This document shows, in pieces, positions 1 through 11,581 of a DNA stretch of 64,000 nucleotides. Numbering within the stretch: the first letter of the stretch is position 1; each line of letters starts with the position of its first letter. Source of the stretch: Eremomyces bilateralis CBS 781.70 (lineage: Eukaryota). The stretch lies in the NCBI GenBank assembly GCA_010015585.1, contig ML975152.1; one strand, written 5' to 3'. The notes beneath the pieces were generated by a model, which did not search any database, was not told the origin of the DNA, and worked only from the letters and a program-made list of their open reading frames with translations. Both the position numbers and the translations under genes were made by a program.

Positions 1-2
1 TC

Positions 3-713
3 CCCAAGTCCTACGAGCAGGACCCGCGCTTCCACGAGACCTGGAGCAAACTGAGCGCCTTCTCCCTGACGCAGTTCGACCGCATCGTGCAGCTCGACAG
101 CGACATGCTCGTCCGTCGGAACATGGACGAGCTGATGGAGCTAGCGCTGGATCCGCCAGGGGAGGAGGGGGCGGGCGACCGCGTGTTTGCGGCGAGCTAT
201 GCATGCGTGTGTAATCCGTTGGGGAAACCGCATTATCCCAGCGATTGGATCAGGGAGAACTGTGCGTTCACTAGCCAGCATGACGCGCCGGATCGGGCGC
301 AGACGGAGGGGGCACCGCTGGGTGCTGGGTTGGCGATGCCGAATTCGGGGTTGCTGGTCATCAATCCGAGCCGGGCGGCATATGAGCTGATCTTAAAGGA
401 ATTGGTAGAAGCGACCTCGACGGCGGCCTATGAATTCGGGGATCAGAGTCTGATCGGGTACACGTTCCGTGGCCGTTGGGCGCCACTGCCATACGTCTAC
501 AACGCGTTGAAGACGCTGCGGTGGAAGGGCGTCCATGATCAGATTTGGCGGGATGAGCGGGTGAAGAACGTGCATTATATAATGGTCCCCAAACCGTGGG
601 ATGAACCGGACGGCGAGAGGGGCCAAGCGGACGAAACACACAAGTGGTGGTGGGACGCGAATGATGAACGGAAGAGACTGGAGAAAACAAGAGGGATTGA
701 GGATGAATTTTGA
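3..713 (+). CDS. Glycosyltransferase family 8 protein, 5'-truncated by the window edge
   Basis: Frame is open from nt 3: PRFHETWSKLSAFSLTQFDRIVQLDSDMLV (DxD motif), NSGLLVINPS, FGDQSL, LPYVYNALK, VKNVHYIMVPKPW. These are GT8 motifs. Confidence 0.85.
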   Translation, partial: PKSYEQDPRFHETWSKLSAFSLTQFDRIVQLDSDMLVRRNMDELMELALDPPGEEGAGDRVFAASYACVCNPLGKPHYPSDWIRENCAFTSQHDAPDRAQTEGAPLGAGLAMPNSGLLVINPSRAAYELILKELVEATSTAAYEFGDQSLIGYTFRGRWAPLPYVYNALKTLRWKGVHDQIWRDERVKNVHYIMVPKPWDEPDGERGQADETHKWWWDANDERKRLEKTRGIEDEF

Positions 714-838
714 TTGGCATTATTGCATAGTTACTGTTAGACTGTCTGATGTTGCTACAAGCCTACCCCGTTTTGGATGCTAATCCCAATATACCCAGGC
801 CTGTACTCCTCGCCAATGCCAATTCCAAACGCTACAGT

Positions 839-2423
839 TCAATCGTCCCGTCTCTCAGACTCGTGTCCCCAAACTTCCTCCGCTGACTTCTTTCCCTTCG
901 TCTCAGGCACGAAGGTGAGGACCAGGAGGAAGAACCCGGCCGCAAACGCCGCGAAGATGAAATACACCCGTCCCTCACCCAGCGCTTTGTTCACCACGGG
1001 AAAAAACTGAGCGACGACAAAGGTGGCGATCCAATTGGACGCGAGCGCCCAGCTTTGGGTGGCGCCGACGGCTTCGTGGACGGCCAGCTCGCTGGCAAGG
1101 ATGAACGGGACGGGACCGAGCCCGACCGCAAACGAGCAAACAAACAGGATGACGGCGACGGCGGAGAGGACTTTGATGTTATAGCCGATGGAGAAGGCTA
1201 GAGCAAGAGATGAAATGCCCATCCCGAAGATAGAGCCGAGCAGGCAGGGCTTACGACCGAGCTTGTCGACGAGCGGGGCACAGGCGGCTGTGACAATGAT
1301 ATTGAGGGCAGAAACGGCGAGGTTGAGGAGGGCAGAGGAGGAAGATAGGAGCGAGGATAAGAGGGAAACGCCGTACATGATAATCGAGTTGATACCTAAG
1401 TCCGTCAGTGAATGGATACTGTTGGTCAAGGGGTGCGGTCTTACCGCAAAGCTGTTGGGCAAGCATAACCATTATGACAGCAATCACTGCCTTCCTGGTC
1501 TGGGGGCTGGCCAAAGCTTGTAGCATCCCAAGATGCCCCTGGCCGGACTGGCTCTTGTTTGAGGGGAGGTGTTGCTGATCCGGCGAATTCAAGAGAGATT
1601 CTTGTTCCTCTAAACTTCGCGTTAGCATGTTCATATTATAGCCAAAGAACTGCTTACCATCGTCTTCACCAGCAGCAATGCCCCAGCTGTTAAATTCGCC
1701 GTCGATATCGAACCTCTCACCTCTCACTCTCCTCAAGATCTTTCGTGCTTTCGGCCCACCCCCTTCTACGTTGGCAGCAATCCATTTCGGGCTTTCGTCC
1801 GAGAACATCAGTCCGACCAGCTGCCCAACTCCAACCAGCCCAGCAGCAGCCAGTACAATCCTCCACATCTGACCAAAGGCCAGGAAATACCCAAGCAGCT
1901 GTGCAAGAAAGATGCCAACATTCACCATCACCTGGGTGAAGGCGCCGAAAAACCCCTTCTCAGCCGGCGGGGAGAGCTCGGAGATGTATATTGGCACGGA
2001 AACCATAGCAGCCCCTGAACCCAAGCCTGAAATGAAGCGTCCTATAGCCATAGTTGCGATATTCGGCGCGAGAGCCGCGAAGATGGGGCCAAGGATGGAG
2101 AAAGGGACCGCGAGTCGCATTGCATGCATCCGCCCATGGCTTGTAGAGACCGTACCGGCCACCAAAGCACCCAGAAATCCACCCAAGGTAAACATGGAGC
2201 TCACCACCCCGAGTTCCTCCGCTGTCATGGGGATACACTGGGGAAGGGTGGACGACGACACGGCATCAGGTCCGAGGAGGGACTTTCGCTTGCAGGTGAT
2301 GACATCGAGAGGGGTGTTGAGCTCGGTGAGGTGGTAGCCGAAGAGGAACGGTCCGAGGGTGCTCACGAAGATGAGGAAGAGCAAGTAGGGCGTGAGGTCA
2401 CGGAACCAGGTTCGTGGATCCAT
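839..2423 (-). CDS. MFS sugar-porter family transporter (vacuolar Vps73/YBR241C-like)
   Basis: Multiple TM segments; motifs GRFISGLG, PIYISELSP, AQQLCGINSIIMY, DKLGRK, VPETKGK. Introns at 1610-1657 (48 nt, in frame) and 1396-1444. Start taken at MDPRTW (2423). Confidence 0.85.
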
Positions 2424-3601
2424 CGTGTGCGGTCGACGAAAGAGCGGCTTCGGAAAGGGCAGATTAGCCTTGTATTCATCATCGTCAGATGCAGCGGAAA
2501 AAAACGTCTGGTACGGGGGAGACATAAGCAAAGACATACAGAAGCGGACAATAATAGTGAGCTATCGTAGGGCAATAGTGAACGACATGCCGTGGAATGG
2601 ATTGATATTGGGGCTATTAAGACATCCGGTAATACTCATACACAATCGATGCAGCCAAATCAGCCACTGAAACCCTATCTAATCGCACACGTTCATTCAC
2701 GGATCTCAGCACCGTGCCGTCATATGCAGGATAGTATTGCGTGTCGGAAGCTCAGCGCTGTGGAAGTATCAGATGGTGCCGAGTTGAATGTTTGTCGGAG
2801 GTGCCGGCTAATATGACGTCGAGCGTATTCCAAATGCAGTCCGAACGTTCTAAAGCCAACCCAAAAACGAATGGCGAACTCGAAAACGTTAGATGGAAAG
2901 GAGTATCGGCGAGTGGCAGGTGAATATGATAAACTACAGAAGGCAATTAGTCGACGTTGAGGGGTGTTGCGGTCTGCAGATGTTCAGTCCATATGTGGCC
3001 GACGATGCAAGGGTCAGTTGCTCGTTGCCAGGGATAGATGCGCTCTGCGAACGTCGGCCTCTTAACGCTCAACCAAGTAAGATTCCGTACTGCGAAATGG
3101 CCTTAGACCTGACTGACAGGAGACGCCAAAGCCCAAATGTGTGATGCAAGGCTTGGGCTCATGCAGGCCCAAAACGATGAAGACATAAAGGCATGGACTG
3201 TGAGAAGGCCTCTCAGATACTCTGGCTCCAATCCTCTCTTCTATCTAAATGTATTTTGCAAAACCGTATTGCCGCGAACGTCTTTCCAGCCGAGCTATGA
3301 CGCTGAACCTCGTTCGAATGACATGACCTGTATCTCCTCGGAATCCAGCATAGTTTGAGCCTATCTCCAATACGGGACGCATCATCACAGGACACAGGGA
3401 CAGACGCGCATGCTAATTGCTGAACGACGCGCTCTCGCTCCCAGCTAGCTCCAACCCGATCACCACACTGTCCTGGTGTCGGATTGCTCGTTCAATTGGC
3501 TGGAGTCATCGGATTACCTTGGATTACCAACCCGATGAAGCGGAGAGATCGTGGAGATGGTTGCGGGTGAAATCAAGATCGGAATGAGCCAAACCGGAAA
3601 G

Positions 3602-5412
3602 ATGATCTCCCCCAATGCGCCGCCCTCGGGCCCCAACCCCACCACCAACACTACCACCAAGACATCCACCTCCACAACATCCGCAAAGCGATCCGTTCAG
3701 CAGGCCTTCGATGGTGCGTGCATCAGTTACAATTCTTTGATTATCGTGAATTTATGGAATACATGAATACATCTCTTCTCTGGTTCTCTCAAGGACTTTT
3801 CTTAGATATGCCTAATAGAGTGCGCTTCATTTAATGTTTCAATCAGGACGGACCGGTTCCGCTTTCCATTAATTCGCTTGATATTGTGCGAAATTCCTTC
3901 GTCACTACTTCATCGTATCTGACTCTGGGACACACGACGGTAGAAAGAGGTGATCCGTTGACTCATCTGGATTATCTCATGCGGTATCTACTGTATTGCT
4001 TATTCTTATGTACCGGACACTTCTAGTCCTTGCATGCAACAGCGCTTGAAAATCTTCGTTAGTTGTTTCCTGGAACCGTGCTTGGGCGACTTCAACTAAT
4101 CAACAACCCCTCATTGCAGAACCGGGTGCCGCCATAAGTATGTTAGCAGGCTCCTATTTGAACCAAAAACGAGTGCGTGAAAGATATGATATCATCGGAT
4201 TCATCAGCAGTGGCACATATGGCCGGGTATTCAAGGCAAGAGGTCGAACCGGCCAGGTGGGAGAGTTCGCCATCAAAAAGTATCACGAGTCCTCCCTACC
4301 TCAAGCGCATGGCTAAACTGTCCAGATTCAAACCGGACAAAGAAGGGGAGCTGCAGTACACGGGCATCTCACAGTCCGCCATCCGGGAAATGGCTCTATG
4401 CACCGAGCTGTCGAACCCGAACGTAGTTCACACGGTCGAGATCATCCTCGAGGACAAATGTATATACATTATCTTTGAGTATGCCGAGCACGATCTGCTG
4501 CAGATCATCCATTATCATACCCAGACGTCGCGACCGGCCATCCCTCCCATGGTCATCAAGTCGATTCTATACCAGCTCCTGAACGGCGTCCTCTACCTCA
4601 ATCGTAACTGGGTGATGCACCGTGATCTTAAACCCGCCAACATCATGGTCACCTCCGCCGGGGCGGTCAAGATCGGCGATCTGGGACTCGCTCGTCTTTT
4701 CTATAAGCCTCAGGCGACGCTTTTCGCCGGCGATAAAGTCGTCGTGACCATCTGGTACCGCGCACCGGAGCTTCTCCTAGGGTCACGGCATTATACCACC
4801 GCCATCGATCTGTGGGCCGTCGGCTGCATCTTCGCCGAGCTCCTGTCCCTTCGACCGATCTTCAAAGGCGAAGAAGCGAAGATGGACGGCAAGAAATCGG
4901 TTCCCTTCCAGCGCAACCAGATGCAGAAGATCGTCGAGATCCTGGGGTTGCCGACGGTGGACCGGTGGCCCCTTCTGAAGCACATGCCGGAATATGGACA
5001 GCTATCCAACCTCGCGCAGGGAAATAGTCGCGTCTTGAACCCGGTCGGCTTGGAGAAATGGTATACCTCGACGGTGGCTCATAACAGATACGTCGTCCCG
5101 AACAGTTCCCCTCCAGGGACCAAGCCCGACGTGCCAGGCCGCGATGGCCTTGCCCTTCTGCAAGGGTTGCTCGAATATGACCCGATGAAACGCCTTACCG
5201 CGGAGCAGGCGCTGCAACATCCGTATTTCCCAACGAACCAGGCCGAGCGGGACGTGTTAGGGAAGAATTGCTTCGCGTGGAGCTTTACAGACTATCCGAA
5301 TCGCCGAGTGAGTAGCGATGATAATGATATCCGTACCAGCAGTTTGCCTGGCACCAAGAGAGGTGGACTACCGGACGACAGCTTGAGACCGGGCAAGAGA
5401 TTGAAAGAGTGA
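3602..5412 (+). CDS. SSN3: Mediator kinase CDK8/Srb10 (Ser/Thr kinase)
   Basis: Spliced product IGFISSGTYGRVFKA...FAIKKFKPDKEGELQYTGISQSAIREMAL, HRDLKPAN, DLGLAR, VVTIWYRAPE. Introns at 3714-4119 and about 4280-4326. Exon 1 is less certain; an alternative ATG lies at 4140. Confidence 0.93.
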
Positions 5413-6200
5413 AGAGATGGAGCATCGAAGATATCCAACCCATTTCGTCATGCGCCTACACCAAACAAGATATCATTAACATCCATCGCCTTGCTATCCC
5501 CCAGCTCTACACCCGTTCGCACAAGACGGAGATTTCTGAAGAATTGGCTTTCCTAGTCTAACACGGCAGATCTCTAGCTCACCCTCGTCGACGACCCCCT
5601 TGAGGACGTGAGGGAGTCCGAAGACAGCTTCACCAATGTTTTCAGCGACGGCTTTTTCAAGGCCGATTTTCTCCTGTCCGAGTCGTCGGGAGAAACCATG
5701 GAAATAGACGAGCCCGATTACCAACAACTAGTTACCGATCTGGACCCATCGTCCTCGCGTCAGGATACGGAATACCAACTCAAAAACTGAAACGGGGTGT
5801 TGCTTGGAGTGCTGGGGTAATTAGAATGCGGTTCGGATTCCCGGCGTGCACCGCAAGTATAAGAGGGAATTACTATAGTGTCAACAGCTTAAATTTTTGT
5901 TGATCCATCATTACTTACGGAGGTTTGAATTGATCCTCTAGGATACCTACCGAATCATTACATGGCTTGTGTGTTTCTATACATACATGCCTCATCTGAA
6001 ATGACTCAATTGCTGCTGTTCTTGTCCCCTGATACCGTAGCATCACTACCTGGAATCCTGCAACGCCCTCTATTTATGTTAGCCGTTTGTATGAGACCGC
6101 CATCAAAATGATCCAGACTATCGGTTTCCTTCTAGATGCATCGCTCCCCTGCTTGCAGAATGATTCAAGATAGTTCACAATTACTCTCCTGAGCAAAGCA

Positions 6201-7554
6201 TCACCGTAGCCCACAACCGAGCAACCCCTTGAACTTTGCCTTGATGCTCGCCCTTCTAGAATTTCCGTTTGCACGAGACCTTCCACCGTGACCCCCAGGA
6301 ACCCCCAATATATTTACCGCTCTACAGCCCATGAACTCGTCCACGTCCGTCGTCACTCTACCCACAAACCCCCCCATATCAGGCCCATCCGACGTAAAAC
6401 TGACCCTCTGCGCCCTTGCCTTCCGACCCTCCCATCCACTATCCGGCCGATCCGTGGCGTGAAACACGCAAAGCATCCCCCCGTCAGAGTCTTCGTCCGC
6501 AGTCCCCGACATCCCATGCGGCATCCGAATGAACGACCCGTGCCCCGGGCCGAACGGCCCGACATCTCGCCTGCCGCCCTCTCCGATGGACCCCAGCTTC
6601 GGCGACCACGCCTGGAGGAGCGGGCGGCGGCTCTTGACCCATGCGCGAGGGTTGAGCGGTTCGCCGCCGACGTATTGCAGCGTGGCCATCTTGTAATCGC
6701 GGGTCCAGCTTCCGGCGCAGGAAAACACGATGCCTTTCCACGAACCGTCAGATGCCTTGAGGTACTGCGGGCCTTCGTTGATCCCTGAGGACCCGGAGAA
6801 TTCCCAGCGGTGTTCTGGCGCCGATATCCGCACGGCGAAACTGTCCACGAGCTCCGGACTCGCCATATGAGCGATATATAGTTCCTGAATGGATTCGTCC
6901 TGGCTGCGGCCTCTTTCAACCATGCTCTTGATGCTTTCGCCAGGATATCCCGCCAGAAGCGGCCAGCCGGAATACACACAATACAGCTGGTCATCCAGCT
7001 CGAATACCGTCCCATCGATGGACCACTGGTGAGGCGGAAGTCCCGGTAGCGGACCGAGGAATTCCCAAGGCGCCTCGCAGGGAGATACGTCGGTCGGCGG
7101 GCCGCGAAGCACGCAGAGCCGATGACTGGCGTTACCGATGAGAGGATGATCGCACGATACATATATGTACCAGCGGCCGCAGAGGGCGTGCAGCTCGGGG
7201 GCCCAGATGTTTCCGGAGAAGGGGTACCCGTGCTCCGGTTGCCTGTGTCGTGTCAGAATCTGAGAACGCTGGGGTCTGTTTAGGATTGGGCATTGTACGA
7301 GGCTGCGACCTACCATACTACAGTCTTTCTCGGATACGTATAAAAACCGAGGAGAGTCGGGGATGACCATATTTCAACTCTGTTTCCGGAAGTGAAAGTC
7401 TATATTACAAGCACATTTTAGTTGATCGCTCGCTCAGATGCCTCTCTTCATCTGAAGCACGTACAAGGAAGAAGGTGTCGCGCAAGAAGACAACATATGG
7501 ATCAGGCGTCGGCACCGCAGTTATGGTCATACAACATGATCGAGCGGATTCCAT
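6201..7554 (-). CDS. Glycoside hydrolase family 43 (arabinofuranosidase-like), no obvious signal peptide
   Basis: Spliced N-terminus TPDPYVV, then NIWAPELH, WSIDGTVF, INEGPQ, GPGHGSF (GH43 catalytic D/D/E motifs). Two GT-AG introns at about 7400-7463 and 7243-7313. Confidence 0.85.
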
Positions 7555-8559
7555 TTCGCTTTCATTATACCGTCAATCGCAGACATCGCTAAGATATCAT
7601 TGTTCTCAAGCACAATTGCTTGCGACATTCGGACATCATGATGCAACCTCCCTTGGAAATTGCGCGAGTCAGTTTTGAGCTGATGCGGACATACCATGAC
7701 TCACGACATCACGATGATCTCGTGGACAGACCGCGTGAACACCGTCTACCGTCTACGATTCTCTCGACAAATGATATCAGATTATCGTTCGCACATGAGA
7801 CGCCATGAAAGCTTTGGATAAGCTGGTGAAAGATGTTGGGTAAAAATACCTGAACCAAGACCTTTCCGCCTTGTGTTAGACTTATCCTCAGTATCACCAG
7901 TCAGCCTCCTATGTAGAGCTATGGCACACACTGTACAATCATCAGTTGTTTTGGAACTTCCTTGCTGGAGTCATTTCGTCCCATCCTTTCGTGATTTCGT
8001 CCGATGTTTCCCCATTTATGATGTTCAAGGGATTTGTTTTTCCGTGGTTTCGAATCGTATTTGTGTGTCCACGTAATTATGTCATCCTTAATTTAAGATT
8101 TTGGATCATCTATGATCTATCTCCAACCTTCGTCCTGGGATCACTAATCGTGATACGGCCCCATGGTCTTTTGGGAAACGCCACGAGATCGTTTCCATCA
8201 TTTATATTAGGTTGCCACCAATGGGATTTCAAGAGTATCGAATAAGCAAAAAACGAACCTGTTATGCAACGATGTCCTTGCGATGAATGGGCACGCAATA
8301 CTTGCTGTCATGGTCCGTCTTGGCACCGGTCCGAATATGTCCAACGGGCGTGAACTGCCCTATCCATGGCCGGTCATTTATCTGTCATCGTACTGTGTTG
8401 AATAGATTCGGCGAGATGAATAGGTACCAATGTTATAGATCAATCATGGCAGGAGGATTCGTGCGTTCTTTAAAGAGAGGTTACCTTCACACGACCCGGG
8501 ATTCCAGTGCTTACCAGTGACACTCTTTTTGTTCTACGAAACATTCTCTTGCTAGCAAT

Positions 8560-9361
8560 ATGAAGTTCCTCACTGTCGCCGCTTTTGCCACCATCGCGCA
8601 GCTGGCGTCTGCCCACACCACGGTCGGGTGGGTCTTTGTTAATGGCAAGGAGCAGGGTCGAGGCGATGTTGTGCCGGGCGGCTACATCAGGAAGCCCAAC
8701 AATAACGACCCTGTGAAAGATGTGAAGTCAGGAGACATCACTTGCAACACGAGTAAAGGGCCGAACACCAAGAATGTGAACGTCAAGGCCGGAGACGAGG
8801 TATGGCGAGAACCCCGTCGTCCCTGGACAGTCATTAACAGCACCCAGGTCACCGTGGAATGGTTCCACGACAACCGAGGAGATGACATCATCGCGGATAG
8901 CCACAAAGGTCCCGTCCAGGTCTACATTGCCCCCGCGCAAACGAACGGCAAGGGCAATGTCTGGGTCAAGATCGCATCCGACGCCTATTCCAACGGCGTG
9001 TGGGCAACCGACAAACTCATCAAGAACAAGGGCAAGCACTCGTTCAAGGTGCCCAATGTTGCTGGTGGTGACTATATCGTCCGCGCCGAGATTATCGCCC
9101 TCCACGAGGGCAATCGCGTCGGTGGCGCGCAGTTCTATCCGAGCTGCATCCAGTTTAAGGTTGCTGGAGGGAGTGGCAAGCTTCCGGCGGGAATAGCACT
9201 GCCTGGTGCATACTCGCAGAATGACCCTGGTATGGCGCCCTTGCTGCTTTTGAGTGATATTGTTATACTCACGAGGAATCATAGGTATCTTGTACGATGT
9301 TTATCAGCAGCCGCTGAAGCCCTATACTGCACCTGGAGGCCCAGTTCTCATCAAGGGTTGA
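8560..9361 (+). CDS. AA9 (GH61) lytic polysaccharide monooxygenase, secreted
   Basis: Signal peptide followed by N-terminal His (SA/HTTV), SHKGPVQVY, RAEIIALH, AQFYPSC. Introns at 8800-8847 and about 9230-9284; last exon GILYDVY...PGGPVLIKG*. Confidence 0.93.
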
Positions 9362-10077
9362 TTGAGATTGGTAAGGACAGGCAAGATTGTTAGTCGTCCA
9401 AGATAGACGGCTCGGATGTTGCATCTACGTATTGAGGAGTATTCCGTACAGATCATGGTGTGATTGCCTTTATATATAAATCTTACGGGGCAGCTCGTTT
9501 ACTCCATCCTAGAACTTTGACATTGCAATCTTACGGCTGGTGCTCGTTTCAGGATTACCTCAAACTGTTGCACTACCATCTGATAAAATGAACACTTTTA
9601 CCACTACTTGGTTTTTAGATAATACATGGCTTCTTTCGATTGACTATCACCCGTATATATCCATGGTCTAACACCGACACACAACCCGATTGGCTGGCAC
9701 AAGACAGGAAATCCTTTCGAACCGCCACAGCTGAAATAGAATAGCTAATTACAAATATGTGAGGTGAAAAAAGGAATGGAGAAGAAGATAATGTCGAGCT
9801 AAAATAGAGTAACAAAAAAACCCGGACCATAATCGCTCGTGTCTAAACTGCATTACTCGGAAGCATAACTTAAATCCTAGGGGTATAAAGAAAACGTAGC
9901 GAATGATCTACCGCACCCATTCGGGATTTTGGTTGCGTTTCAAAGCATGAGTACTTCTTCCTTGCGCCGGTAAAATTAAATAGCAAATGGTATGCCACCC
10001 GGGCCACGCTATCGACACCTGCGTAGCGAAACAAAGGAAACCGAAGGAGACAGCAGGGAGGGAGCCCGGGAAAGCGT

Positions 10078-11581
10078 TTAGAAAAACATCCCCGCTGGCA
10101 ACACAACGAAGACAACCGTGATGACGATGGTCAGCAATAGCGCCCAGATTTGACTCTGTAGAACAATCCGATCCTGAATGATCCGAATCGCCTGCTCCTG
10201 CACCGCGGTTTTCGGCCCGAAAATCTTCTGCATCAGGCTTCGCTTCCGGAAATTCTCGATCCATGCCTCGTCCGTGTATGTGTTCGTGGTCCCGAAGGTC
10301 TCCATGCTCTTCGGCCGCTTCATGCTCCTCCCGATCGAGCCCGCCAGGGTCGCCTCTTCATCGTCCGGCGGGAGAATCCTGCCGCTCCTCCGCTTGTTCG
10401 TATTGGTCGATGAGACGAGGGAGACGGTCTCTGCATCTTCCCAGGGCTTGAGCTCCCGGCCATGGCCGCCGCTGTACATGATGACGCAGAGCCCTTTGTA
10501 GGCGGCGACGAGGGTTCCGATGCCGATGAACGTGACGAGGGCGGGGAGGATGCGCCACCAGCGGGGCGCGGCGGAGAGGGTGAGGATGGCGGTGATGAGG
10601 ATGCCGGCCAGGGTGTGTGACACGCCCATGGCGCGCACGAAGAAGACGCGCGGCTTGTTGCCGTTGCAGATGGACCAGCGGACGAAGTTGGGGTGGGCTT
10701 GGCCGCGGAGGACGGACTCGACGAGGGCGAGGGCGGGGGCGAGGGCGGAGGGGTGGGTGGTGTGCTGGAGGGCATGAAGAACCGCGGTACGTTCACGGTG
10801 AGATAGGTTCAGCTCTCGTGGAGCGGACGGAGCAAGGTACGTGGCGATGACCTTGGTGATCTCAGAGCGGAAGGGTTGGATGGAGACTGATATATGGTTA
10901 GCCCGCAATTTCGGATATAGAAAACGCTCAATTGAAACTTACAAGACTGCCACTTCAGGCCAACTTGATTGTTAGCCTCCTCGGCGATTTCCTGGAGGGA
11001 TTTCTGAGACTTGATCGACCTTGAAACGAAAGACTCGTAGTCCGTTGCGCCCGAGAGGGATGGTCCGTAGGAACCGCCAAATTCGGACCGGGTCGGCGTT
11101 GGCAGGTCATCAAGCGGGATTTCTAGCTGATCCTTCTTGTCGAAGTTGATCTCGACGGTGGTGCCATTTGGCACTTTGCTTCGACGTCCATGATCATCTT
11201 GGACGTGAGGCACAGGTTCCCATTCGGGTGAAAGTGACTGGTCCTGCAGCTTCAGTCTCTCGAATTTCTTCGTGTAGTCCCTCAACCAGAGGTAAAACTG
11301 GAGATTCTCGGCATCATGGGCAACATAGATCAGATAGTCCATGAAGTCATTCAATTGGCAGGGCTGGGACGGTGTTAGCCTAACGGACTGCTGCAGGTTG
11401 CCATGTCGAGCTGTGTTACCGGTAGGGTCTCGTTGTTCACCACCCTCTCAAACGATAGTTCTGGTGGTACGGGATTTTTGCAGCTCTTCATTCGGTCGAC
11501 ATATCTCTGACAATCCTTGGGGTTCAGTGGACCCGATGTCCGTTCGACATAAGCCGGACGGCGGTAAAACAGAACAGACAT
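10078..11581 (-). CDS. RGS-domain protein with C-terminal TM helices (Rax1-like)
   Basis: PPCQLNDFMDYLIYVAHDAENLQFYLWLRDY, QPFRSEI...SAPRELNLS, LRGQAHPNFVRWSICNGN, then 3 TM segments. Two introns at about 11364-11419 and 10887-10941. Confidence 0.85.
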
